The notes below the pieces were generated by a model. That model did no database searches, was not told the DNA's origin, and saw only the letters and a program-made list of their open reading frames with translations. A stretch of 64,000 bases of DNA, taken from contig JAJEBT010000092.1 in NCBI GenBank assembly GCA_022822405.1, positions 8,164-72,163 of the forward strand, read 5' to 3'. Numbering within the stretch: the first letter of the stretch is position 1; the number at the start of each line of letters is the position of its first letter. The stretch comes from Alphaproteobacteria bacterium. GTDB taxonomy: Bacteria; Pseudomonadota; Alphaproteobacteria; MPNO01; UBA830. This document shows, piece by piece, positions 17,377 through 26,081 of this stretch. The position numbers and the translations under genes are program-made.

Positions 17377-18243
17377 ATGGCCGACGGGGCTCAGATCGTC
17401 GTGCGCCGTCACGGCGACCCTGATGCCCGCCTGCGCGTCTTTGCCAGCCACGGAAACGGATTCGCCATAGACGGCTACTTGCCGTTCTGGCAACTCCTCT
17501 GTCCGCGCTACGATGTCGTCGTGTTCGACATGCGGAACCATGGCCGCAACCCTCCGTCCGAGACGCCCAACCATGACTACGACCACATGGCGCGCGACAT
17601 AGGGGAGGTTCACACCGCGATTTCCGAACAGTTTGGCGCCAAGCCTTCGGTGGGCGCCTTCCATTCGATGTCTGGCCGCGCCGCCATGAAGGACGCCGTC
17701 GAGGCTGAATGGCGATGGGACGCGCTGGTGCTGTTCGACCCGCCGGACATCCCGCCCGAAGGCCACCGGTTGTACGACATGATGGTCAAGTTCGAATACC
17801 GGCTCGCCGACTGGGCGAAGGCGCGGCCCTCGCTGTTCTCCGACCCTTCCGAACAGGAGGCCGAATACGCCAACGGGCGGACGGCCCGGAAATGGGTTGC
17901 GGGAGCCCACGGTCTGATGGCCCGCTCGATCCTGCGTCCCGCCGAAGATGGCTGGGAGCTCCGCTACCCGGGCGGGATCGAGGCGGAGACCTATGTTGCG
18001 AACATCCCGATGAACCTCTGGCCGAAGGCGTCGGAGTTCGGCGGTCCCGTTCTCCTCGTCGGAGCCGACCCCGATGTTGAGCGGCCTTCACCCACGGCGA
18101 CCGCCAACAAGGCGATGGCGGAAGAAGGCGGCTACGACTACATCACGATCCCCGGCACCAGCCACATGCTGCAGCTTGAGGAACCTGAAGCCTGTGTCCG
18201 GGTGATGGAGAACTATCTCGCCGATCACGGGTTCGCCGCCTGA
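17377..18243 (+). CDS. Alpha/beta hydrolase fold protein (paralog of 2485..3468)
   Basis: SHGNGF, FDMRNHGRN, GAFHSMSG and SHMLQLEEPE are present. Similarity to the paralog continues upstream of ATG 17377 (EVPEPVAVANLT vs LPEPSAILDLT), so the true start may be a non-ATG codon near 17329. Confidence 0.8.
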   Translation: MADGAQIVVRRHGDPDARLRVFASHGNGFAIDGYLPFWQLLCPRYDVVVFDMRNHGRNPPSETPNHDYDHMARDIGEVHTAISEQFGAKPSVGAFHSMSGRAAMKDAVEAEWRWDALVLFDPPDIPPEGHRLYDMMVKFEYRLADWAKARPSLFSDPSEQEAEYANGRTARKWVAGAHGLMARSILRPAEDGWELRYPGGIEAETYVANIPMNLWPKASEFGGPVLLVGADPDVERPSPTATANKAMAEEGGYDYITIPGTSHMLQLEEPEACVRVMENYLADHGFAA

Positions 18244-18394
18244 GGCCACGGCGAGCCTCCTGCCGGTCCCGGAGCGGGTCGTCGAAAGTCAGATCGGGAA
18301 CCTGCGGAACAGCGAATGCGCGCCGACTGTTCGAGCGGACTGCTGCCTTGAGCCTTGTTGGCTCTACTCCAGCAGTCTTGCGGCTCGTTGGCGC

Positions 18395-19474
18395 TCAGTC
18401 GCGCACGTCCTGAAGGAACCAGTCTGTCGGGAGGTTGCGCCCGGCGCCAGCTGATCTGGCCTTTTCGAGAACGAGGCCTCCAACCGCGGCAAACTGGAGA
18501 CCCTGATTGCCCATGTTGTAGTAGAAGGTGACCTGTTCCTGGGTCTCGCGTCCCCGCGCGCGCCCGGAAACGAGATCGTTGAAATCCGCGGACCCGGCAT
18601 CGCGCCCAGGATGCGGCCGCGATGCCGGAAGCCTCCTGCGCTCCTCCGGAGTTCCGGCGATGAACGCCATGGGGCTCGAGGCAACTCCGGCCCGGGCGTT
18701 CTCGGATTCGGCGAGCTTGAGGCCGCCCGTACCCTGCCGAATGGCGACATCGACGCGGTCGAGAACGGCTTCGCTGAATTCGAACGGCCCCACATTCGTC
18801 AGATGCATGCCCGGTTCGACCCAGGACGGTTCGATCGTCGGCGTCATGGAATCGGTCGCGGATGCAAGGATGTCGGCGCCCGCGGCCGCTTCTTCCGGCG
18901 TGTCGACCGGGAGGATCTCTATATCGAGCTTGCCGGCCATCTCCCGGGCGAAAGCCTCCCGGTTGGCCCGGGTTGGGCTGAACACCCGGATCAGTTCGAT
19001 GTCCCGGACCGCCTTGATTGCCATGGCGTAGGTCCGCGCCATGCCTCCGGAGCCGATCATGCCGACGATTCGAGAATCTTCGCGCGACAGGTGGCGGGCA
19101 CCGATTCCGGCGCCGGCGCCCACGCGCATGTGCTGGATCACGCCGTCATTGATGAACGCGAGAGGTTCGCCGTTGCGGGCGGAAAACAGCATCACGAGGC
19201 CGCACCACGTCCCCGGTTCGACACAATACTTGTCGGCGGTCCAGTTTCCCGCGTCGTCGACCGGCCATGTCATGACGTCGGATTTCATGCGGATGGCGAA
19301 AATGCCGTTCCACACGCCCTCCATCGTGCCCCAGCGCCAGTAGCCGTCTTCGCGTTCGCAGGGTGCGTAGAAATCGAGTCGGGGACGGTGCATCGCGCTG
19401 CCGTCTTCGAGATCGCGGAACGCCTGCTCGAGGACTTCGATCGTCTCTGACATCGACAGAAGTTCCTCGACCAT
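18395..19474 (-). CDS. Ornithine cyclodeaminase / mu-crystallin family protein
   Basis: The Rossmann segment VGMIGSGGMARTYAMAI, the family length and the N-terminal M.E.I..LE.AF are present. Confidence 0.85.
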   Translation of the reverse strand: MVEELLSMSETIEVLEQAFRDLEDGSAMHRPRLDFYAPCEREDGYWRWGTMEGVWNGIFAIRMKSDVMTWPVDDAGNWTADKYCVEPGTWCGLVMLFSARNGEPLAFINDGVIQHMRVGAGAGIGARHLSREDSRIVGMIGSGGMARTYAMAIKAVRDIELIRVFSPTRANREAFAREMAGKLDIEILPVDTPEEAAAGADILASATDSMTPTIEPSWVEPGMHLTNVGPFEFSEAVLDRVDVAIRQGTGGLKLAESENARAGVASSPMAFIAGTPEERRRLPASRPHPGRDAGSADFNDLVSGRARGRETQEQVTFYYNMGNQGLQFAAVGGLVLEKARSAGAGRNLPTDWFLQDVRD

Positions 19475-19653
19475 CTCATTGTGAATAAAGAGAATTATTC
19501 AATCTCCCTTCTCAGGTTCAGTGCCGATCTCCAAGCAAGCTACACTCGAAGCCACGCCCACAGGGCGGGCAGGTGGCGTTGCATGTCGACGCGCCGCCAA
19601 TTCGCCGTCCGCCCGCGAACGACTCCGGATGCGGCGTTGCCCGCGCCCCGGGA

Positions 19654-21705
19654 TCAGATTCCGGGAACGGCGGCCTTCAGTTCGGGTGACAGGTTCCCCA
19701 GCAGCGAGTTCGGCCATGGCAGCGCGAGAAGTTCGTTGAAGAGATACCAGCAGAAAACCGTCAGCCCGGCAGCGATGGCGAGCGCCGGAGGCCAGCGCTC
19801 GCCTTCGACGATCATGAAAGCGAGGGTGAAGAGGAAGATCGTCGGAAGCATGCCGACCAGGAAGGTCAACGCCAGAAAACAGGCGATCCATGCCGCGAAG
19901 CCGAGCGCGCGCCGGCGCACGAGCGCGCGGTCGAACTCTCCGCTGTCGTCGGAAGAGATATCGAGCCGCGCTTGGTTGAGCATGCGCTCGCGGATGCCTG
20001 AAGCCGCCCCCGCTTCCGGCGCTCGGACAACCGTGTGCCAGGCGAAGCTCACGATCGCGATCGCCAGCGCCGCCCAGCCGAAGACCTGCGGTACGAAACG
20101 CGCGTCAAATCGCCATTCCGATGCCTCGCTGACTGCGAATACGAACACGGCGATGAAGGCCGCATAGATCCAGCTGTTCACGTCCAGTCGGGGCCTGCCG
20201 ATCCGGCTGATGACGCCGCGAAACCCGCTCTCGCCGCGCATGTCGCGGATCAGCGGCAACGCCAGCACGACGACCGCGATGAGGAACAGGATGATCACGA
20301 GCCAGTTGGACATCCATTCGAGGCCGTAGCGTTTGGTCGAGATCCACAGATAGCGCTCGATGATGCCGCCCAGAACGACGCCGAGAATGACCGGCGGCCG
20401 CGGCCAGCCGTTGCGCTTCATGACCCAGCCGATGATGCCGAAGACGATCAGGATGACGAGATCGCCCCAGTCGCGGTTGCCCTGGAAGGCGCCGACGAAC
20501 AGCACGGCAAGTATGAGCGGCAAGATTATCGAATGGCGGACAACGGAGATACGGGCAAACTGGTTGGAAAACAGGAAACACACCCCGGCGCCGAGAATGT
20601 TCGCGAGCGCGACCGACCAGACCATGGAGTAGGTGACTTCGAGATTGGTGGTCAGCATCGACGGGCCGGGTACAAGGCCCTGGATCAGGAAAGCGCCGAG
20701 GAGAATGGCCATCTGGGCGCTGCCGGGAACGCCGAAGGCGATGGTTGGAACCAGGGCGCCGCCCTCCTTGGCGTTGTTCGAGCCCTCGGAGGCGAGAACA
20801 CCGCGGATATCGCCGGTGCCGAACGTTTTTGCTGCCTCCTTCTCGGTGCCGAGCGCGTGGCCGTAGGCTATCCAGTCGATGACGGCGCTTCCCATGCCCG
20901 GAAGCGAGCCGAGGCCGGCGCCGATGGCGCCGCAGCGCAGCACCAGGAACCAGTTGCGGAACGTGTCCTTGACGCCTTGCCATTGGCCGGCCCGGGTGTC
21001 GACAGCGCCCTCCCGGGCGATCGAACGTCGGGCGATGGCCATGTCGGCGAGTTCGGGCAGGGCGAACAGGCCGAGCGTGATCGGTATGATTGAAAGTCCG
21101 TCCCAGAGATAGAGCCAGCCATAGGTGTAGCGGTGGACACCGATCTGGGGGTCCTGTCCGATAAACGCGACCAGGAGTCCAAATCCGGCCGCCACCAGGC
21201 CGCGAAGCGGCGAACCGCCCGAGAGTGCGGAGACCATGCAGAGTCCGAAGACGGCAAATGCCGTCAGTTCCGGGGATCCGACCTCGAGCATCACGGGCCG
21301 CAGGATCGGCACCGAGGCGCCGAGCATCAGCGCGCCGAACACGCCGCCGGCGAGTGACGCGGTGTAGGCGGCTCCGAAGGCGCGCCCGGCCTGGCCCTGC
21401 TTGGCGAGGGGATGGCCGTCGAGGACGGTGGCCGCCGAGCCCGCGGTCCCCGGAACGCCGAACAGAACGGCCGGGATCGTGTCCGATGTCGTCGTCACCG
21501 AGCCCATGCCGAGGAGAAAGGCGAACGCCGAATAGGAATCCATGTCGAAGGTGAACGGCAACAGCAGGGCCATCCCGACGATTCCCCCGAGTCCGGGAAT
21601 GACGCCGAGCGCCAAGCCAATCAGAACGCCGGCGAACAGGTAGCCGAGACGTTCGAGCTCGAGCATTACCAGTAGCGCGTCGGCTGCCGTGCCAAGTATT
21701 TCCAT
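19654..21705 (-). CDS. Tripartite tricarboxylate transporter permease TctA with a fused C-terminal TctB-like four-helix domain
   Basis: N-terminus GVLIGLALGVIPGLGGIVGMALLLPFTF and roughly the first 500 aa are typical TctA. An additional ~180 aa hydrophobic tail follows, and no separate tctB ORF is present. Confidence 0.85.
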   Translation of the reverse strand: MEILGTAADALLVMLELERLGYLFAGVLIGLALGVIPGLGGIVGMALLLPFTFDMDSYSAFAFLLGMGSVTTTSDTIPAVLFGVPGTAGSAATVLDGHPLAKQGQAGRAFGAAYTASLAGGVFGALMLGASVPILRPVMLEVGSPELTAFAVFGLCMVSALSGGSPLRGLVAAGFGLLVAFIGQDPQIGVHRYTYGWLYLWDGLSIIPITLGLFALPELADMAIARRSIAREGAVDTRAGQWQGVKDTFRNWFLVLRCGAIGAGLGSLPGMGSAVIDWIAYGHALGTEKEAAKTFGTGDIRGVLASEGSNNAKEGGALVPTIAFGVPGSAQMAILLGAFLIQGLVPGPSMLTTNLEVTYSMVWSVALANILGAGVCFLFSNQFARISVVRHSIILPLILAVLFVGAFQGNRDWGDLVILIVFGIIGWVMKRNGWPRPPVILGVVLGGIIERYLWISTKRYGLEWMSNWLVIILFLIAVVVLALPLIRDMRGESGFRGVISRIGRPRLDVNSWIYAAFIAVFVFAVSEASEWRFDARFVPQVFGWAALAIAIVSFAWHTVVRAPEAGAASGIRERMLNQARLDISSDDSGEFDRALVRRRALGFAAWIACFLALTFLVGMLPTIFLFTLAFMIVEGERWPPALAIAAGLTVFCWYLFNELLALPWPNSLLGNLSPELKAAVPGI

Positions 21706-21810
21706 GCCTGCTCGAGTCCGTGATCCGGGATTGTCGGATTGGTATGACGGGAGAGGAGGGCCGGGAGCCGCCTCGGGCGGCCCCCGGCCGTAGAGTTGAG
21801 GACGCGGTGC

Positions 21811-23100
21811 CTAGTTGCAGTCGAACGCCTTGGCGGCCGTGCCTTGATAAGTCAGCTTGCAGGACATGCCGACCTTGAGCGCACTGCGCTTGGCTTTCTC
21901 GCCTGCGATGACGACCTTGGTCCTCCTTCCGGAGACGCTGACGGCCCATTTCTTGCCGCCGCCTTCCACCGTGACCTTGCGCCCGCCGCGCTTGATCACT
22001 GTGATCTTGCCGGCGAGAGTCTCGATGGGGATGACGGCCTTCGAGATTTCGATCTTGGTCTCATCCGAGGCCGCCGTCGATGCGAGCTGGATGATGTTCT
22101 GCGGCGTCGCGTAGAGGTCCTTCACGAGGGCCGCGACCTTGGGTCCGGAGAGCGGAGCTATCTCCATCTTCTGTTTCTTCGCGTCGGCGAGGAACTTGGG
22201 ATCCTTCATGGTTGCCATGAAGGCGTCCTGCAGGGCCTTGGCGCGGTCTGCCGGCACGCCCGGAGGGGCGAGGTAGGGGCGGCCCCAGGCCTGGCGCGAA
22301 TAGATGAAGTTCAAAATCGCCTTCTGATCGTCGGTCTTCGCGTAATCCATGATGAACGGAACGCCAAGTTTTGTCAGTTCCGGATGCGGTTGCGTCGACA
22401 TCTGGACCAAGAGGTTGATCTTTTTGTCCTTGAGCCATTGCGGCCGGGTTGTCTTCACCGACGACCACGACCATCCGCAACGCCCTTCCACCTCGCCGCG
22501 TTCGATTGCGAAGTTCGTATCATTGCCGCCGGGATAGCCGGTGATCAGCTTCATCTTCCCGCCAAGCACGTAGTTGAGGACCGTGGGGAAGGTGTCGGTG
22601 TCGGCGCCCGGGCCAAGTCCGCCGACCACGAACTGTTTGGTCAGCATGTCGTCCATGGTCTTGATTTTCGAGGTGTGCCAGGACACGCACAGGCTGACCT
22701 CGTTGTTCATCGTGCCGAGCCAGGTGAACTTGGTGGCGTCGAATTTCGCTTCCTTGGTGCCGAGCAGCGGTTCGTGAGTCTGGCCGCGGGCCACGGTGGC
22801 GAACACAGAGCCGTCCTTCGGAAGCGAGTTGTAGAGTTCGTTCGTGAGAATCATCGAGCCCGCACCGGTGCGGTTCTTGACGACGATCCTCGGATTGCCG
22901 GGAATGTGGCGGTGGATATGTCGCGCCAGGGTCCGGGAATAGCGGTCATATCCGCCGCCGGCCGACAGCCCGACATAGAGCGTCATCCGCTTTTTCTTGT
23001 AGAAATCGGCAACGGCGTCGGCAGCTGCCGGCGCTGTCGTGAGTGTCGCGGCCGCGAACGCGGCGATCGAAAGCGACACTGCCAAGGCTGGGAGTTTCAT
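21811..23100 (-). CDS. TTT-family periplasmic substrate-binding protein (TctC/Bug-like) with a C-terminal extension
   Basis: Signal peptide MKLPALAVSLSIAAFAAA is present. FYKKKRMTLYVGLSAGGGYDRYSRTLARHIHRHIPGNPRIVVKNRTGAGS matches TctC-like receptors. It lies adjacent to tctA. Confidence 0.75.
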   Translation of the reverse strand: MKLPALAVSLSIAAFAAATLTTAPAAADAVADFYKKKRMTLYVGLSAGGGYDRYSRTLARHIHRHIPGNPRIVVKNRTGAGSMILTNELYNSLPKDGSVFATVARGQTHEPLLGTKEAKFDATKFTWLGTMNNEVSLCVSWHTSKIKTMDDMLTKQFVVGGLGPGADTDTFPTVLNYVLGGKMKLITGYPGGNDTNFAIERGEVEGRCGWSWSSVKTTRPQWLKDKKINLLVQMSTQPHPELTKLGVPFIMDYAKTDDQKAILNFIYSRQAWGRPYLAPPGVPADRAKALQDAFMATMKDPKFLADAKKQKMEIAPLSGPKVAALVKDLYATPQNIIQLASTAASDETKIEISKAVIPIETLAGKITVIKRGGRKVTVEGGGKKWAVSVSGRRTKVVIAGEKAKRSALKVGMSCKLTYQGTAAKAFDCN

Positions 23101-23219
23101 GGATATTGTCTCCTTGTGGGGATTTTTGCAGTCCGAGAGGTGGTGCTAGAATAGCAAAAGACATGATGGCGTAAACGGCAAGCCCGAATTATCGCCGCAC
23201 AGCGACCGGAGGCAAAATC

Positions 23220-23690
23220 ATGGTCGAAACAGGTACCATGCCGACGCGCAAGTCGGCCCGAGCCAGGAACGCGCCGCCGCGTGAGCCCCAGAAATTCTCC
23301 TATGCCAAGCCAGGGAGCCAACAGACGGAAAAGGCGATCGTGTCGCTGTGTCAGACCGACATCATCCGCGGTGCCGTACAGGTCGTGAGGGAAGGCGGCG
23401 ACAACAACCTCCATTCACACACCGGGATGGACGGTTTCTGGATGGTGCTGCAGGGCAGGGTGCGCTTCTACGGGCCCGGCGACGAGGTGCTCGGAGAATT
23501 CGGACGCCACGAAGGAATCGTGATGCCGCGAAACGCACAGTACTGGTTCGAGAGCTGCGGCGACGAGGATCTCGAACTCCTCCAGGTGGTGGCCTTCGAC
23601 CGCGAGGTGAAGAATGCGCGCGTCGACGTCAATCCGCGCAAGCTCGACATCGATGCGGTTGACCGCTTCGACGGGCGCGCGCGCGGCTGA
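23220..23690 (+). CDS. Cupin domain protein
   Basis: The monocupin motif is GGDNNLHSHTGMDGFWMVLQG ... IVMPRNAQYWF. Confidence 0.7.
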   Translation: MVETGTMPTRKSARARNAPPREPQKFSYAKPGSQQTEKAIVSLCQTDIIRGAVQVVREGGDNNLHSHTGMDGFWMVLQGRVRFYGPGDEVLGEFGRHEGIVMPRNAQYWFESCGDEDLELLQVVAFDREVKNARVDVNPRKLDIDAVDRFDGRARG

Positions 23691-23720
23691 CCTTGTACGA
23701 CGCGCCGCCTGTCCGCCCGC

Positions 23721-24323
23721 TCAGTCGTCGCGGGTGTCCGGAACCCATCCGGGCCCGGCCAGCATTGGCTCAAGATCGCCGTCATACTCCGGCGCATTCT
23801 CGATCTGTTCGAGCCAGTTGAGCCCCATCGCCTTGAAGATGCGGTTGGTGATCACGATCAGCCGTGCTTCGTTGTCGGGATCGGAATTGAAGTGCTGCTG
23901 GATGCAGTAGGCCGGCACGAAGATGAAGTCGCCGCGTTCCCATTCGAACTTTCTCGGCTCCTCCTTCCACGACCAGTGGAAGTCGATGTCGACCTCGTAC
24001 TCGACGTCCCAGTGGAGATCGTAGCCGCGCCCGTCGAGTACGAACAGAATCTGCTCGGCGAGGATGCGGCGCTTGCCGGTATGGCTGCCGGGAGGGATGA
24101 ACTGCATGTAGGACTCGACGCAGTTTTCGGTGGTGTTCTGCTTCTCATGGACCATGTGCTTGATGAGGCCGTCCGGAGAATTCTCGAACGGCATGTCCGC
24201 AGCCTTCACCACCGAAAGGCGCTTGCGGTAGGTCCTGCGGAACTCCGCCGAGTCCTCTAGCTCCTCGGCATACCAGTTGCATTGGTTGTCGCCCGTATGG
24301 GCCATATCGCGTTCATGCGCCAT
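23721..24323 (-). CDS. Cupin protein resembling the metal-free C-terminal domain of gentisate 1,2-dioxygenase-type bicupins
   Basis: PPGSHTGKRRILAEQILFVLDG (only one His in motif 1) and GDFIFVPAYCIQQHFN are present. Confidence 0.7.
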   Translation of the reverse strand: MAHERDMAHTGDNQCNWYAEELEDSAEFRRTYRKRLSVVKAADMPFENSPDGLIKHMVHEKQNTTENCVESYMQFIPPGSHTGKRRILAEQILFVLDGRGYDLHWDVEYEVDIDFHWSWKEEPRKFEWERGDFIFVPAYCIQQHFNSDPDNEARLIVITNRIFKAMGLNWLEQIENAPEYDGDLEPMLAGPGWVPDTRDD

Positions 24324-24375
24324 GGGTGCTTCTCTCGTCGCTCTGTCGGGGTTCGGGTTCGGGCGGGGCTGTCGG

Positions 24376-24978
24376 TCAGAGATCCGTCGGCGGCTCCCAG
24401 TGTTCCCATCCCGGAACGGGTTCCTTGGGCGGATACTTCGCCACCTTCTGGAACAGCATGTGCATGAACAGGAACAGCGGCTTGGCCTTCATCACCAGGC
24501 ACACGAGATCCTCGGTGTCCGAGGCGTTGAAGTGCTGATGCACGCAACCGTTCTCGACGATGATGATGTCGCCAGCCTCGTAGTCGTAGCGCTTGCCGTC
24601 GTGGATGTCGTAGCCCTTTCCGGAGATCACGTAGAACAGGGCCGAATTCATGTGGCCGTGGCGCTGGCCGGTGCCGCCGGGCGCGATGACAGAGAGGTGG
24701 GTTTCGATGGACTGCGCGATGTCGGTGCGCTGCGGGTTGACGATCGGCTTGTCAAAGAACTGCGGTCCACCCTTCCACTGCCAGTCTGTGGACTTGTAGA
24801 TCCGGGGCTGGTCCATGAGGCCCTGCTGGAGTTCTCCGTAGGTGCCCTCAAGCGCACGGACGAAGGTGCGCTTTCTCTGCCAGCGCTCCCAGACGACTTC
24901 CTTGGGCTGGTTGTGCCCGACGCCCGGGTTCTTTTCCTCGACGATAACGCCGCCGACATTGTCCGGTGTTTCGGCCAT
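24376..24978 (-). CDS. Cupin protein resembling the catalytic (3-His) N-terminal domain of gentisate 1,2-dioxygenase-type bicupins
   Basis: GGTGQRHGHMNSALFYVISG and GDIIIVENGCVHQHFN parallel the GDO HRHTQSALRFVVEG / GDFIITP..WHDHGN blocks. SD GGGGGA lies 4 nt before ATG 24978. ATG 25014 lacks an SD. Confidence 0.7.
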   Translation of the reverse strand: MAETPDNVGGVIVEEKNPGVGHNQPKEVVWERWQRKRTFVRALEGTYGELQQGLMDQPRIYKSTDWQWKGGPQFFDKPIVNPQRTDIAQSIETHLSVIAPGGTGQRHGHMNSALFYVISGKGYDIHDGKRYDYEAGDIIIVENGCVHQHFNASDTEDLVCLVMKAKPLFLFMHMLFQKVAKYPPKEPVPGWEHWEPPTDL

Positions 24979-25175
24979 GCTGTCCCCCGCGAATTCCCGT
25001 TCGATGCCCATCATTAGGACAACTGCGGTCGAACGTCAAAGGGAGTCGCCCGAGCCTTCTCATCACGGTCGGACAGCCGCATGCCGGTCCCGGCCAACTT
25101 CTGAACGGTGCGCGATCGCCGGACGCGGCCGCGCTGCAGGCCGTGATTCCGGTCGCGGGATCTCGCCGGCGGGCG

Positions 25176-26012
25176 CTATCCGGAGCGGGCGGCTCCCGTC
25201 CAGTCAGGCGGGTCCGTCGCCTTGATCTTTCGCCCGTCCTTGACCAATTCCTTGATGACGCCGGCGAGCGGCAGGGTCATTCCGGCGCCGTCCGAGAGGC
25301 GCTCCATCATCTGCATGTCCTTGAGCGCCCATGTAAACGTCATGCGGTCCCAGTCGCGGAGCGCGGCGCTCTCCCCAGAACTCATCATCAGGGCGTCGCG
25401 GAGCCGCGGCAGATCGATTCCGGTGGTCTCTGCAAGACGGCCGGCTTCGATCAGCGCGCAACCGTTCACCCACAGGAGATAGTTGTTCATCATCTTGGCA
25501 ACCTGGCCGTGGCCGACGTCGCCCATATGCTCGATATCGGAGCAGAAGGTTTCGAAGACCGGCCGCGAGCGTTCAACGATCTCGGGCGCGCCGCCGACCA
25601 GCGCCAGCAGCGTGCCGTCATCGGCAGCCCAGCGCCCGCGGGCGATCGGGGCATCGAGAAATCCGACGCCGCGTTCGGCGCACATCTCCTCAAAGCGCCG
25701 CACCCCGTCGAAGGACGCCGTCGAACAGACGGCGACGCAGTCCCCGGCCGACAGTCCCGCGAGGGCGCCGTTATCGCCGGCAAGGCAGGCCTGGACCTCG
25801 GGTTCGAACCCGACGCCGATGATCACGTAGTCGCTGTTCTCCCCGACTTCCCGCGCGCTCGACGCCCTCGTGCCGCCGGCTTCGGCCGCCCGCGCGAGCT
25901 GCGCTTCATCGATGTCGAAGGCCGTCACCTCGAAGCCGTTGCTCCGGAGATGCCTGAGCATGGCGAGTCCCATGCGTCCGGGGCCGATTATGCCTACACG
26001 ATCCCTTGACAT
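25176..26012 (-). CDS. NAD(P)-dependent oxidoreductase, 3-hydroxyisobutyrate dehydrogenase (HIBADH / 6PGDH-NAD-binding) family
   Basis: The N-terminal dinucleotide fold is VGIIGPGRMGLAMLRHL. SD GGAGGA lies upstream. Confidence 0.85.
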   Translation of the reverse strand: MSRDRVGIIGPGRMGLAMLRHLRSNGFEVTAFDIDEAQLARAAEAGGTRASSAREVGENSDYVIIGVGFEPEVQACLAGDNGALAGLSAGDCVAVCSTASFDGVRRFEEMCAERGVGFLDAPIARGRWAADDGTLLALVGGAPEIVERSRPVFETFCSDIEHMGDVGHGQVAKMMNNYLLWVNGCALIEAGRLAETTGIDLPRLRDALMMSSGESAALRDWDRMTFTWALKDMQMMERLSDGAGMTLPLAGVIKELVKDGRKIKATDPPDWTGAARSG

Positions 26013-26081
26013 GCCGTGTCCTCCATCTTTTTGCCGAACTCTCGGAACCGTCCGCCCGGGCTGGTGCCGCGTCCTCGTCCG

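Noticed and set aside
23126-23152. TTGCAG ... TAGAAT promoter-like hexamers between the TctC-like gene and the cupin gene.
   Set aside because: The spacer is only 15 nt and the -35 is weak, so it is not distinguishable from chance in an AT-richer intergenic region.
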